The translations under genes and the position numbers were made by a program. A stretch of 64,000 bases of DNA, taken from an uncultured bacterium (GTDB taxonomy: Bacteria > Patescibacteriota > Saccharimonadia > UBA4664). The DNA is taken from positions 273,026-337,025 of the forward strand of contig CAVUEQ010000001.1 in assembly GCA_963740635.1 (NCBI GenBank). Reading direction: 5' to 3'. The notes under the pieces are model-generated. The model was given only the letters and a program-made list of their open reading frames with translations. It searched no databases and was not told the origin of the DNA. This document shows, one piece after another, positions 45,506 to 54,718 of the stretch (position 1 is the stretch's first letter; each line of letters begins with the position of its first letter).

Positions 45506-46471
45506 TTACAGGTACCCCAGCACGTATTCGATGAGAGCCATGCGGATCAGCATTCCGTAATGCATTTGGCGGAAGTAGGCCGCGCGAGGGTCGTCATCGA
45601 CGGCCGGGGTAATTTCATTGACGCGGGGCAGGGGGTGAAGGATGCGGGCTTCGCGCTTGAGCCGCCTAACATCGGGCAGGTCGATGATGTAATCCATGGG
45701 GGCATCGGGGTTTTTGGCCAGGAATTTCTTCTGGTCGTTGGTGAGGCGCTCGGTTTGCACGCGGGTCCAGTACAGCACGTCGGCTTGCTCAAGGGCGGGG
45801 TATTTGCGGGTGGTTTGTTCGAAGGTGCCGCCGGCCTTTCTGATGACGTCGAGAATGTCGTCGCGCATTTCGAAGCTGGGTGGTGCGATAAACGTGAAGT
45901 GGTTGCCGGGGTACAGGGTGAGTAATTTGGCCAGGCTGCGGGTGGTGCGGCTGTTGGCCATGTCGCCGCCCGCTACGATGTGCAGGTTGTCGAGGCGGCC
46001 AAATTCGCGCTTGATGGTGTAGAGGTCGAGCAGGCCCTGGGTGGGATGCTCGCCGCTGCCGTCACCGGCGTTGATGACCGGCACCGTGGATACTGCTGCA
46101 GCCTGGGCAGCCTCGCCGGCGCTGGCGCTGCGGAGCACGATCATGCTGGGCAGGTAGCTGCAAATCGTGCGGATGGTATCTTCGAGGCTTTCGCCCTTAG
46201 ACACGGACGAAAATTGCACGCTCTGGGTTCCGAGAACGTTCATGCCCAGATGGGTGGCGGCGAACCCGAATGATTCGTAGGTGCGGGTGGATTCCTTGTA
46301 AAACAGGCGGTATAGGATGTGGCCGGCCAGGCGATTGCCAATCTGTTGGTGGCGATGCTCATCTTCAACTGTGACTCCGGCCCGGTCAGCATATTCAAAC
46401 AGCCGGCTGATGGTTTCGGCGTCGAATTGGCCGGCCGAGAGGATGTGGCGAAGTTTGGATGTAGATGGCAT
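45506..46471 (-). CDS. pyrB: aspartate carbamoyltransferase catalytic chain
   Basis: 321 aa. ESTRT, HPTQGLLD and HPLPRVNEI motifs are present. No pyrI or other pyr gene is adjacent. Confidence 0.8.
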   Translation of the reverse strand: MPSTSKLRHILSAGQFDAETISRLFEYADRAGVTVEDEHRHQQIGNRLAGHILYRLFYKESTRTYESFGFAATHLGMNVLGTQSVQFSSVSKGESLEDTIRTICSYLPSMIVLRSASAGEAAQAAAVSTVPVINAGDGSGEHPTQGLLDLYTIKREFGRLDNLHIVAGGDMANSRTTRSLAKLLTLYPGNHFTFIAPPSFEMRDDILDVIRKAGGTFEQTTRKYPALEQADVLYWTRVQTERLTNDQKKFLAKNPDAPMDYIIDLPDVRRLKREARILHPLPRVNEITPAVDDDPRAAYFRQMHYGMLIRMALIEYVLGYL

Positions 46472-46486
46472 GGGCAGCTCCTGGGT

Positions 46487-46939
46487 TTAATGCGCGGCGG
46501 CCAGCGGCTGGGCGGTGCGAGGCTGAACAACACCGGCCGGGTCGACCACTTGGGTCGAGATGTGGATATCCGATGGTTTGGCGCCGGCTTCGATGAGGGC
46601 CGCGCGGACGTCTGTGGCGGCCTGGTCGAGGTCGGCGTAGAGGCGCTTCAGTTCCTCCTCGTGCGAGCTGAAGGTGACGCCGGCCAGGCGGTAGGCGCCG
46701 CAATTGGTGTGGCTCTGGAGGTAGACCCGCTGGGCCTGATTCACCATGTACGAAACCATGATTTGCTTGAGAGCGACGGCGCGGTCTTCGGGAGCGAGGA
46801 AGGCGGCTCCCCCGCCGGCCAGGCTGGCCCAAAAAGAGTCACCGTGGGCGGCAATGAAGTCAGCGTCGGCCTTGATGAGCCGGTCGTCAATGCAACCGAA
46901 GAAGACACTTTTGGCGGTGTGGGGGTGACTAGTGGACAT
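46487..46939 (-). CDS. small beta-carbonic-anhydrase-like protein (putative)
   Basis: 150 aa. FGCIDDRL fits the CxDxR motif and LQSHTNCGA fits the HxxC motif. These are the zinc-ligand and Asp-Arg dyad pattern of beta-class carbonic anhydrases, but the protein is unusually short. Confidence 0.4.
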   Translation of the reverse strand: MSTSHPHTAKSVFFGCIDDRLIKADADFIAAHGDSFWASLAGGGAAFLAPEDRAVALKQIMVSYMVNQAQRVYLQSHTNCGAYRLAGVTFSSHEEELKRLYADLDQAATDVRAALIEAGAKPSDIHISTQVVDPAGVVQPRTAQPLAAAH

Positions 46940-47015
46940 TTACGAAAATTCTCCTCCTGGTGTGATCATATTTTGTAGCCACAAACTATAATACAATGAC
47001 TGGAGAGGAAGCGAA

Positions 47016-47942
47016 ATGATTACATACCATTACCGGAGCCTGCGCGAAGAAAAGCTGACGCGCCCGACCGATTTCCGGACCGGCTCGCTGGTAGCGGTAG
47101 AAGCGCCGTCGGCCGATGAGCTGAAGGTGCTGGAAGCCAAATTCAAGCTCGATCCCGACCTCATCGCGGACGCCCTCGACCCGGATGAAATTCCGCGCAT
47201 CGAGATGGATGACGACCGGCTGTACGTGTACATGCGGTTCCCGTACAAGCGCGGCGATGTGTCGGATACCGATCCGGTAATGGTGGTGGTGGGGCCGAAC
47301 TTTGTGGTGGTGTTGTCGCGGCGGCCGGTGCCGGGTTTTGACCGCCTGCTGAACTCCACCGGTGTGTACACCACCCAGCGCGCCAAATTGCTGCTGCTGA
47401 TTTTGCGGCACCTGGTGCAGAGTTATGAATCGAATGTTAATTCGCTCGACCGGCAGATCCGGGGTGTGCGCGCCAAGCTCAGCGTGGAACACATCAGCAA
47501 CCGGGATTTTGTAGCCTTCGTGGTCATTGAAGACTCGCTCAGTTCATTTCTATCCGATCTGAACGCGGCCAACCTGGTGCTTCAGAGCATTATGGCAGGA
47601 CGGTACGGGTTGGTCTTCCACGAAGAAGACAAAGATTTGGTGGAGGACTTGGCCCAAGCGACGCGGCAGCTCATAGAGGCGAGCCGCTCCAGTATGCAAA
47701 CAATTGTGAACATCCGCGAGGCTTACTCGACTATCATGGCCAACAATCTTAACCGGATATTCAGAATTTTGACTGTGCTCACGATTTTGATGAGCATTCC
47801 GACGATTGTATCGAGCATTTATGGCATGAATGTACTTTTGCCCGGTCAGCACAACCCCTCGATGTTTTGGGTGCTGGCTGGGGTTATCGTAGTGGCGATC
47901 GGTGTGGTGGCGTTCTTATTTCGGCGCAATAGGTGGTTTTGA
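47016..47942 (+). CDS. corA: CorA-family Mg2+/Co2+ transporter
   Basis: 308 aa. The YGMN motif (SIYGMNV) lies between the two C-terminal TM helices. The SD GGAGAGGAAG lies upstream. Confidence 0.9.
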   Translation: MITYHYRSLREEKLTRPTDFRTGSLVAVEAPSADELKVLEAKFKLDPDLIADALDPDEIPRIEMDDDRLYVYMRFPYKRGDVSDTDPVMVVVGPNFVVVLSRRPVPGFDRLLNSTGVYTTQRAKLLLLILRHLVQSYESNVNSLDRQIRGVRAKLSVEHISNRDFVAFVVIEDSLSSFLSDLNAANLVLQSIMAGRYGLVFHEEDKDLVEDLAQATRQLIEASRSSMQTIVNIREAYSTIMANNLNRIFRILTVLTILMSIPTIVSSIYGMNVLLPGQHNPSMFWVLAGVIVVAIGVVAFLFRRNRWF

Positions 47943-48012
47943 GTCCTACTTATAAGGATTGATTTGTCATCTCTGCTCGCGTGTCGCTAGGTTGCCCCTT
48001 TGGATGCTCCTT

Positions 48013-48052
48013 CCAAAATGGATAGTTCGACTTTTTTCGAACTATTTTTGGG
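48013..48052. terminator. bidirectional terminator-like hairpin between convergent corA and otsA/B
   Basis: ATAGTTCGA-cttttt-TCGAACTAT is flanked by CCAAAA on the 5' side and TTTTGG on the 3' side. Confidence 0.5.
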
Positions 48053-48180
48053 GTGCTTGTTTATGCTTACCCGAAGGGATAATCCAACCCTAGTTTAATA
48101 ATTCGAGATTTTTCGAACTATCAATATCGAAGGCAAAACCCCTGAGTGGATGGTCCGGCAACGCGAAGATGTCTCATTTA

Positions 48181-50373
48181 TCAAGAGGCCTCTGCTGCCA
48201 GCTTGCTTAAAAGAGAAATGACTTGTTCAACTGAGGTGATGTGGAACCGGGCGACGGAGTTGCTCAGCCCCACTTTAACTGTAAACGCGCCGACCGGCAG
48301 GGACGCGAACAGGTCCTCGTCGGTATAGTCGTCACCGATAGCCAGGATAAAATCGTAGGAACCGGCCGAAAGTTTTTCCTGGGCGGCGGCGCCTTTGGTG
48401 ATGAAACGGGGCTTGAATTCGAGGATTTTGTTGCCTTGGAACACCTCGATATCGGAGTCACGCAGGATTTTTTCGGTGTCATGCTTGAGGGCGGCGCGGC
48501 GGACGTAGGCGAGCTCGGGGGTGACATTGCGGTAGTGCCACACCAGCGAGAAGTTTTTTTCTTCGATGAAGGCGCCGGGCGTGCGCTCGGTGAACGTTTC
48601 CAGAATGTCGCGGAGGGGTTCTTTCCAGTCGGCTGGGAAGTTGGTGCGGGCGGCCCACTTGCCGTGGTCTTTTACCCAGGCGCCGTGCTCGGCTACGAGT
48701 GTAATCGGGAGTTTGCTAAACCAGGCGTCGAGGGCGCGCTTGGGCCGGCCGCTGACCATCATGAGCTCGCTGGTCTGGGAGAGTTTCTTGAGAATGCGCA
48801 GGAGCTTGCTTGAGGGTTTGCTCGACATGGGGCGGATGTCGGACACGAAGTTGGTGAGGGTGCCGTCATAGTCGAGCAGGAGCAGCCGCTTCTTGGCCCG
48901 GCGGTATTTAGCGATAATTTCCGACGCCGCCTTGGCGTCGAGGAGCTTGAGGTCGTGGGCTACGCGGCGCTCTTTGGCCTGGGAGAGCTGCTCGATGAAG
49001 TCCTGGGCCCAGCGCTCCAGGGTGTAGACGGAGAGGCGCTGCTGCATGATGTGGAGTTTGCGGCGCTGGGCGGTGGGGGTCATCTTGAGAGCGGCAACGA
49101 GTGCGCGCACCAGCTCGCCGCGGTGCAGCGGGTTGATGCGGATGGCCTCGGGCAGCTCGTCGGCCACGCCGGCCATTTCGCTGATGATGAGCGCGCCGCT
49201 GCGGCCCTGTTTGCTGGCGATGTACTCTTTGGCCACCAGGTTCATGCCGTCGCGCAGGGGGGTCACCAGGGCGACGTCGGCGCGGTAGTAGAGGGCCACG
49301 AGCTGCTCGAACGGCAGGTTTTTGTATTGGTACGAGATGGGCGACCAATCCACGGTGGAATACTGGCCGTTGATGCGGCTGACAATGCGCTCAATTTCCT
49401 CCCGCATGTGCTGGTAGGCTTCGATGTCTACGCGCGACGGCACGGCTACCACTACCAGCGTGAGCTTTTTGAGCCAGCGCTTATTGCGGCTTAGGAATTC
49501 GTCGAAGGCAACGAGTCGCTCGGGGATGCCCTTGGAGTAGTCGAGCCGGTCGACCGACAGGATGATTTTCTGGTCGGCGTAGCGTTTTTTTAGCGCCACC
49601 AACTCGGCTTTCACGGCTGGTAACTTAGGGGCTTCTGCAAATTTGGTGTAGTCGATGCCAATCGGGAAAACGTCGGCGCGCACCATCCGCTCGCCCACTA
49701 TCACTGAGCTCATCTGGCTTTCATACCCGAGCGTGCGCAGGACGGCGCTCAGGAAGTGCCGGACGTAGTCGTAAGTGTGGAAGCCGAGCAGGTCGGCGCC
49801 GAGCAGGCCCTCCACGATTTCTTTGCGGTCTGGCAGCAGGCGGTAGATTTCGTACGACGGGAACGGGATGTGCAAAAAGAAACCGATGGATGCGTCCGGG
49901 AGCTCGTCGCGCAGCATTTTGGGCAGCACCATGAGGTGGTAGTCGTGGATCCAGACCTGCGACTGCGGCGAGGCGTATTTGAGCACGGCCGCCAGGAAGA
50001 GCTTGTTGACCTTTTTGTACTCTTCCCAAAACTCGGGTTTGTGCACGGTGAGCGATTGGAAATAATGAAAAAGCGGCCACAGGGTCGCGTTGGCGTAGCC
50101 GTCGTAGAAGTTGGTGACCTGTTTTGAGCTGAGGAATACCGGATAGCAAAGGTATTTTTCGAGCTCGCGGCGGATGGTTTTCTTGTCGTCGGGGGTGAGT
50201 TCGTCGGAGCTAATACCGGGCCAACCCACCCAGACGTACTCGCGGGTTCGGCCGAGCGACGACATGGCGGTGGCGAGTCCGCCGGCGCTGGGTTCAAAGG
50301 TTAGTTTGCCGTTTACCTTTTTGACGACCACGGGGAGGCGGTTTGACACAACGATCAATGATGGTGCGGCCAA
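48181..50373 (-). CDS. otsA: bifunctional trehalose-6-phosphate synthase / trehalose-phosphatase fusion
   Basis: 730 aa. The N-terminal GT20 part reads LIVVSNRLP...GGLATAM...WIHDYHL. The C-terminal HAD phosphatase part reads [10 protein letters not shown]...[10 protein letters not shown]. Confidence 0.9.
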   Translation of the reverse strand: MAAPSLIVVSNRLPVVVKKVNGKLTFEPSAGGLATAMSSLGRTREYVWVGWPGISSDELTPDDKKTIRRELEKYLCYPVFLSSKQVTNFYDGYANATLWPLFHYFQSLTVHKPEFWEEYKKVNKLFLAAVLKYASPQSQVWIHDYHLMVLPKMLRDELPDASIGFFLHIPFPSYEIYRLLPDRKEIVEGLLGADLLGFHTYDYVRHFLSAVLRTLGYESQMSSVIVGERMVRADVFPIGIDYTKFAEAPKLPAVKAELVALKKRYADQKIILSVDRLDYSKGIPERLVAFDEFLSRNKRWLKKLTLVVVAVPSRVDIEAYQHMREEIERIVSRINGQYSTVDWSPISYQYKNLPFEQLVALYYRADVALVTPLRDGMNLVAKEYIASKQGRSGALIISEMAGVADELPEAIRINPLHRGELVRALVAALKMTPTAQRRKLHIMQQRLSVYTLERWAQDFIEQLSQAKERRVAHDLKLLDAKAASEIIAKYRRAKKRLLLLDYDGTLTNFVSDIRPMSSKPSSKLLRILKKLSQTSELMMVSGRPKRALDAWFSKLPITLVAEHGAWVKDHGKWAARTNFPADWKEPLRDILETFTERTPGAFIEEKNFSLVWHYRNVTPELAYVRRAALKHDTEKILRDSDIEVFQGNKILEFKPRFITKGAAAQEKLSAGSYDFILAIGDDYTDEDLFASLPVGAFTVKVGLSNSVARFHITSVEQVISLLSKLAAEAS

Positions 50374-50434
50374 CTCGTTACTCCCTAGGTTGATTCTATT
50401 CTAACACCCCGTCATCATTACGATTGAGGCCGAA

Positions 50435-51739
50435 CTAATGCTCCTTTATAAGCTCGAGCTGGGACGGGTTAGTGAAATCATACTTGCCGAGGAAGAGCTC
50501 GTCGAAGGACGCCTGGGTGAGTGGGTGCTCGCTGAAGTGGCGCCCGGCGACCATGAGGCCGCGCCAATACTTGGTGGTGGAGCGCTCGATGAGGCCGGCG
50601 CGGCCCAGGCGTAACACCCGGATGACGCGTGAGAAGGCGGCGCGGCGGTAGCGGTGCGATTTGGCTTGGTAGGCGGCTTCGCTGGGGTTGGCCAGGGCGG
50701 TTACTAGGTCCGCGGCGAAGTCGAAGACCTGACGAAAGCTAGGCTGGGCGGGGCTCGAGGCGTAGTCGATGATGGCCAGCGGCGCTAGGGAGTTGACGGC
50801 CTCGTATTTGGGCAGGCCGGCGCTGCCGAGTAGCACCGCGAGGGCCTCTTCGACCGGTGCATAGCCGGGCAGGCCGTATCCGGCTAGGCGCTCCTGACTG
50901 GCGGCGCCGTTACTGGCGCGCAGCACGTGCACGCCGATCTCATGGACGGTTAGCGCTTTGACGTGGTCGGGGGTGTAACGGCGCCCGGCGGGTATGACGA
51001 CGGCGTGGCGGTCGAGGTCCACAAAAATGTTGGGTGCGCCGGCCTTGACCCGCGCCTGCCAATTGTCCGCGCTTGGCCCCAGGATGGCGGTGATGGTTTG
51101 CTGGAGCACTGCTTGGACCGATTCCGAGGGGATGGTGCGGTGGTTTGGCAAGCCGGCCAAGAGCTGGTCGACGAAGCCAAATTTGGCTTTTGCCAGTGGC
51201 CTTAGGCTGGTTCGAGCGTTCTCGATGGCCGCTAGCTCCGTGCCCAGCGGCGGGGCTTGATTGGAGTAGCCGAAGATCGTCAGCATTGAGCCGCGGGCGG
51301 CGGCCGCGGCCTCAGATTTCGGTTCGGTGCCTGCCAGGTGGGCGGCCAGCTGCTCTTGGGCCTGCGCTGACCGGAGGGCTTCCAGCGTGCCAAACAAGCG
51401 GTCGTTGGCCGCGGCCACGGCAGCGGGGTCGCCGGCCTCCAACACCAGGCTGAGCGCTGCCAGACGGTCGGATTCGAAGGCTTGGTAGACCGGCAGGCAG
51501 GCGTAATCGGCGGCAGGTAGTTTGGCCGAGGCGGCCAGGAAGTCGTGGATGCGGCCGGCCGCCGTGGCTGCCGCAGCAGTATTTATCGGTTCGAAGGCCA
51601 CTGGTTCTGGTGTGGCGCCGGTGATAAACTCGGCCACCGCGGTCTCGCTAAAAGCCGGCCAGAAAGCGCTCATGTGAAAGTTCGGCGCCGACGCCGATTG
51701 CCAAAGCTCAAACAAGCACGATGAAGAAGATTTAGGCAT
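50435..51739 (-). CDS. DUF1704/MATCAP-like putative zinc metallopeptidase (HExxH)
   Basis: 434 aa. The HEIGVH motif is at codons 266-271 (about nt 50944-50927). A VEEALAV block about 30 aa downstream resembles the QEGLA motif of this family. GATAAT lies 5 nt upstream of the ATG. Confidence 0.65.
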   Translation of the reverse strand: MPKSSSSCLFELWQSASAPNFHMSAFWPAFSETAVAEFITGATPEPVAFEPINTAAAATAAGRIHDFLAASAKLPAADYACLPVYQAFESDRLAALSLVLEAGDPAAVAAANDRLFGTLEALRSAQAQEQLAAHLAGTEPKSEAAAAARGSMLTIFGYSNQAPPLGTELAAIENARTSLRPLAKAKFGFVDQLLAGLPNHRTIPSESVQAVLQQTITAILGPSADNWQARVKAGAPNIFVDLDRHAVVIPAGRRYTPDHVKALTVHEIGVHVLRASNGAASQERLAGYGLPGYAPVEEALAVLLGSAGLPKYEAVNSLAPLAIIDYASSPAQPSFRQVFDFAADLVTALANPSEAAYQAKSHRYRRAAFSRVIRVLRLGRAGLIERSTTKYWRGLMVAGRHFSEHPLTQASFDELFLGKYDFTNPSQLELIKEH

Positions 51740-51798
51740 GTTGTATTATCCCGGCGCGGTGACTAATCTAGGGAGACGATGTTTCGCGTGCTCTATTA

Positions 51799-52797
51799 TT
51801 GCTCATACCCGAGAAACTTGCCAGCGGCGGACTGGGTGATGCCCCTGTGACCACAATTGTCATCTTCACGCGGACATTAATTGCAGACGGGTACCCGTTT
51901 AGCAGTAAATATCTTTGGAACGCCTATTTGGATTTGATGTTGGCAATTAAGGCTCGCGGGGCGCAGGCGTATTTTGCGAGCGGCATGGGCAGTTATGCCG
52001 GCGGCGGCGTTTTCCGGCGGGCGTACACGGCCGGCCGCAAGGTGGGGGTGAGCGAATTTGAGCTAGCGCGCGATGTGAAAGCTGACCTGGTGTTTGAGAA
52101 GGGCGGGTTTACGGGCCGTGACATGCCGGTGATAAATCAGGAATTTGTGAGCAAAATTGCCGGCGACAAGGCCGAGACCTACCGGCTGTTTGGCAAGTAT
52201 CAGCCGGTGACGGTGATGTGTAACGGTGAGCGCGAACTTAGGGCGGCCATCAAGCAGCTTCCCGGCGACCGCGTGGTGCTGAAGGCGCCGGTGAGCAATA
52301 AGGGCCGCGAGGTTTGGATAGGCTCCAAAGCTGAGGCGCCGGAGAATTTGCCGGCCGGCTATCCCCTGCTGGTCCAGGAGTTTCTGGATACGTCGGTGGG
52401 CGTACCGGGTTTGGCGGCCGGCGTTCATGACGTGAGGGTCAAAATTGCCGGCGGCAAAATCCTGGGCGGCATGGTGCGCATACCGGCGCCGGGAGAGCTG
52501 CGGGCCAATGTGGACCAGGGCGGCTCGGCGCGGCATTTGTATCTGGACGAGCTGCCCACAGCGGCCGTCAAAATGGCCGGGGAAATTGATTGCTATTTTG
52601 AACGCTATCCCCGATACTATGCAATTGATATGGCCAACACTCCATGGGGGTGGAAGCTGATAGAGTTGAACAATAAGCCAGGGCTATCACCTATTGCACT
52701 CAGCGCCCAGGCCAAACACGTTACCGAATCATTAGCCGACTACTTAATTTCGGAAGCCAGCCATGGTCCTCTACCACCAAACCAAGCAGCGCAATAA
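51799..52797 (+). CDS. ATP-grasp ligase (RimK/YheC-D-like)
   Basis: 332 aa. VVLKAPVSNKGREVWIG, LLVQEFL, HDVRVKI, ANVDQGGSA and LIELNNKPG are ATP-grasp core strands. The TTG start is uncertain. Confidence 0.7.
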   Translation: MLIPEKLASGGLGDAPVTTIVIFTRTLIADGYPFSSKYLWNAYLDLMLAIKARGAQAYFASGMGSYAGGGVFRRAYTAGRKVGVSEFELARDVKADLVFEKGGFTGRDMPVINQEFVSKIAGDKAETYRLFGKYQPVTVMCNGERELRAAIKQLPGDRVVLKAPVSNKGREVWIGSKAEAPENLPAGYPLLVQEFLDTSVGVPGLAAGVHDVRVKIAGGKILGGMVRIPAPGELRANVDQGGSARHLYLDELPTAAVKMAGEIDCYFERYPRYYAIDMANTPWGWKLIELNNKPGLSPIALSAQAKHVTESLADYLISEASHGPLPPNQAAQ

Positions 52798-54097
52798 GTT
52801 CCTGTTCGTGAACGCCTTCTCGCCGGCCCAGTCCGAGGCGTTGGTGAAATTTAGCAAAGTCGTGGGGTATGCGGTGGAGCCGCTGCTGCTGTTTGACAAC
52901 AAGAAGACCGTGAAGCCGTGGCTGGAAGCGCTGGAGCCGAAGACAATTGTGCGGGTGGATATTACCGACACCGGGGCGATCCAGACGGCCCTCAAGCCGT
53001 ACCAGGACGAAATCCTGTCGGCCACAACTCTTAGCGACGCTAACGTGCCGCATCTGCGCAAGGTGGTGCCGCTGCTCCCCTACTGCAACCTGCCCACCGA
53101 GAAGTCATTGGAGTGGACCACCGAGAAGATCAAAATGCGGGCGCTGCTGCGTAATTACGACAAGTCTATCGCGCCGAATTTTTTGGTGGTGGGCGATGAC
53201 ACCGCCAGCACGATCGAGCGCATCCAGAAGCGCATCGGTTATCCGCTGGTGGTGAAGCCTTCGGGGCTGGCGGCGAGCCTGCTGGTGAGTGTGTGCTATC
53301 ACCGCGAAGAGCTGGAAAAGGCCCTGCGCCTAAGTGTTAAGAAAATCGAGCAGGTCTACAAGGCTAAGCGCGGGCGCGGTGCGCCGCAGCTGCTGGTGGA
53401 GGAATTTCTGGAAGGCGACATGTACTCGATAGATGCTTATGTGAACGCCCGCGGGGTAGTGTATTTTGCGCCGGCGGTGTACGTGAAGACCGGCCGCGAG
53501 GTGGGATTTGACGATTTCTTTGGTTACATGCGGCTGACGCCGACCCAGCTGAACCAGCACCATGCCGGGGAGGCGCAAGAGGCGGCCGAGAAAGGCATCC
53601 GGGCGCTGGGCATGCGCAGCACCACCTGCCACATCGAGCTGATTCGCACTGAAACGGGTTGGAAAGTGGTGGAGATCGGCCCACGCATCGGGGGCTTCCG
53701 GCACGAGATGTACGAGCGCTCGTTTGGCATTGACCACTCGCTCAACGACATGCTCATCCGGGTGCCCAAGCAGCCGATACTGCCCAAGAAGGTCAAGGGT
53801 TACACGGCCGTGATGCAGTTTTATGCCCGCCGCGAGGGGTATCTCGAGAAAATTCAGGGGTTGTTTAAGATTGAGGCGCTGGCTACGGTGCAGCGCGTGC
53901 GCGTGCGCAAAGAGCCCGGCGACCGGCTGACGTTTGCCAAAAACGGCGGCGACCCGGTGTTGGAGGTGGTGCTGTTTGATCCGTCACGGTCCAACGTGCT
54001 GGCCGACATCCGCCGCACCGAGCAGCATCTAAATATCATGGTGTCGGTCAAAAGCCAGGAGGCTAAGAGCGCTGAGGCGTCGAAGCCTCAGGCGTGA
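52763..54097 (+). CDS. ATP-grasp ligase (L-amino-acid-ligase/carboxylate-amine-ligase-like, with pre-ATP-grasp N-domain)
   Basis: 444 aa. YPLVVKPSGLAAS, LLVEEFLEGDMYSIDAYV and CHIELIRTETGWKVVEIGPRIGG are present. It overlaps the upstream ligase by 35 nt. Confidence 0.75.
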   Translation: MVLYHQTKQRNKFLFVNAFSPAQSEALVKFSKVVGYAVEPLLLFDNKKTVKPWLEALEPKTIVRVDITDTGAIQTALKPYQDEILSATTLSDANVPHLRKVVPLLPYCNLPTEKSLEWTTEKIKMRALLRNYDKSIAPNFLVVGDDTASTIERIQKRIGYPLVVKPSGLAASLLVSVCYHREELEKALRLSVKKIEQVYKAKRGRGAPQLLVEEFLEGDMYSIDAYVNARGVVYFAPAVYVKTGREVGFDDFFGYMRLTPTQLNQHHAGEAQEAAEKGIRALGMRSTTCHIELIRTETGWKVVEIGPRIGGFRHEMYERSFGIDHSLNDMLIRVPKQPILPKKVKGYTAVMQFYARREGYLEKIQGLFKIEALATVQRVRVRKEPGDRLTFAKNGGDPVLEVVLFDPSRSNVLADIRRTEQHLNIMVSVKSQEAKSAEASKPQA

Positions 54098-54100
54098 ATT

Positions 54101-54628
54101 TTAGTCCTCGAGGAGCTTCTCGAGCTCGGCTTTGGTCTTGGCCAAAATCCCGGCGGCTTGGTCGAGCTTGACGTCGGAGCCGGCGTGCAGGATGTGCCGC
54201 GACAGCCCCGCCAGTTCAAATAGCGCCGATTTTAGTTTTATGACCTTGCCGACTTGCTCGTTTTCGGCCCAGGGTGGGGTGGTTTTTTTGTCTTCGGCCT
54301 GCTTGCGGCCGGCGTCGGTGATGGTATAGATCTTTTTGCCGTTTTCTTCCTTCCCGGTCACGAGCTCTTCCTCCTCCAGGAGTTGGAGCGTGGGATAAAC
54401 CGAGCCGGGGCTGGGGCGCCACATACCGTGGCTGCGCTTTTCGAGTTCGCGGATTATTTCGTAGCCGTGCATCGGCCGTTCGAGCAGCACACCGAGCAAT
54501 AGGGGGCTGATGTCGCCCCGCTTGGCCTGCATCCCGTGCCAACCCCGGAACATCGGGTTGCCGTGCCAGGGCATTTTTTCGTGCCAGTTTTCCCAGTTTT
54601 CAAAATCAGCTTTATAACCTTTATGCAT
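54101..54628 (-). CDS. PadR-family transcriptional regulator
   Basis: Start re-assigned to ATG 54628, 7 nt after AAGGAG. LLLGVLLERPMHGYEIIRELEKRSHGMWRPSPGSVYPTLQLLEEEELV is the PadR winged-helix pattern. Confidence 0.85.
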   Translation of the reverse strand: MHKGYKADFENWENWHEKMPWHGNPMFRGWHGMQAKRGDISPLLLGVLLERPMHGYEIIRELEKRSHGMWRPSPGSVYPTLQLLEEEELVTGKEENGKKIYTITDAGRKQAEDKKTTPPWAENEQVGKVIKLKSALFELAGLSRHILHAGSDVKLDQAAGILAKTKAELEKLLED

Positions 54629-54650
54629 AATTCGTCTCCTTGCACGCGAC

Positions 54651-54689
54651 ATATCGCGATATATTTTTAATATACGCGCCGATATATCG
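54651..54689. promoter_or_regulatory. cluster of AT/CG dyads upstream of padR (putative operator)
   Basis: ATATCGCGATAT is a perfect 12-bp palindrome (54651-54662). CGATATATCG is a perfect 10-bp palindrome (54680-54689). CGATATAT and ATATATCG form arms 17 nt apart. Confidence 0.4.
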
Positions 54690-54718
54690 CTAAGTCAAGC
54701 GTTCGCCGGAATTTATGC

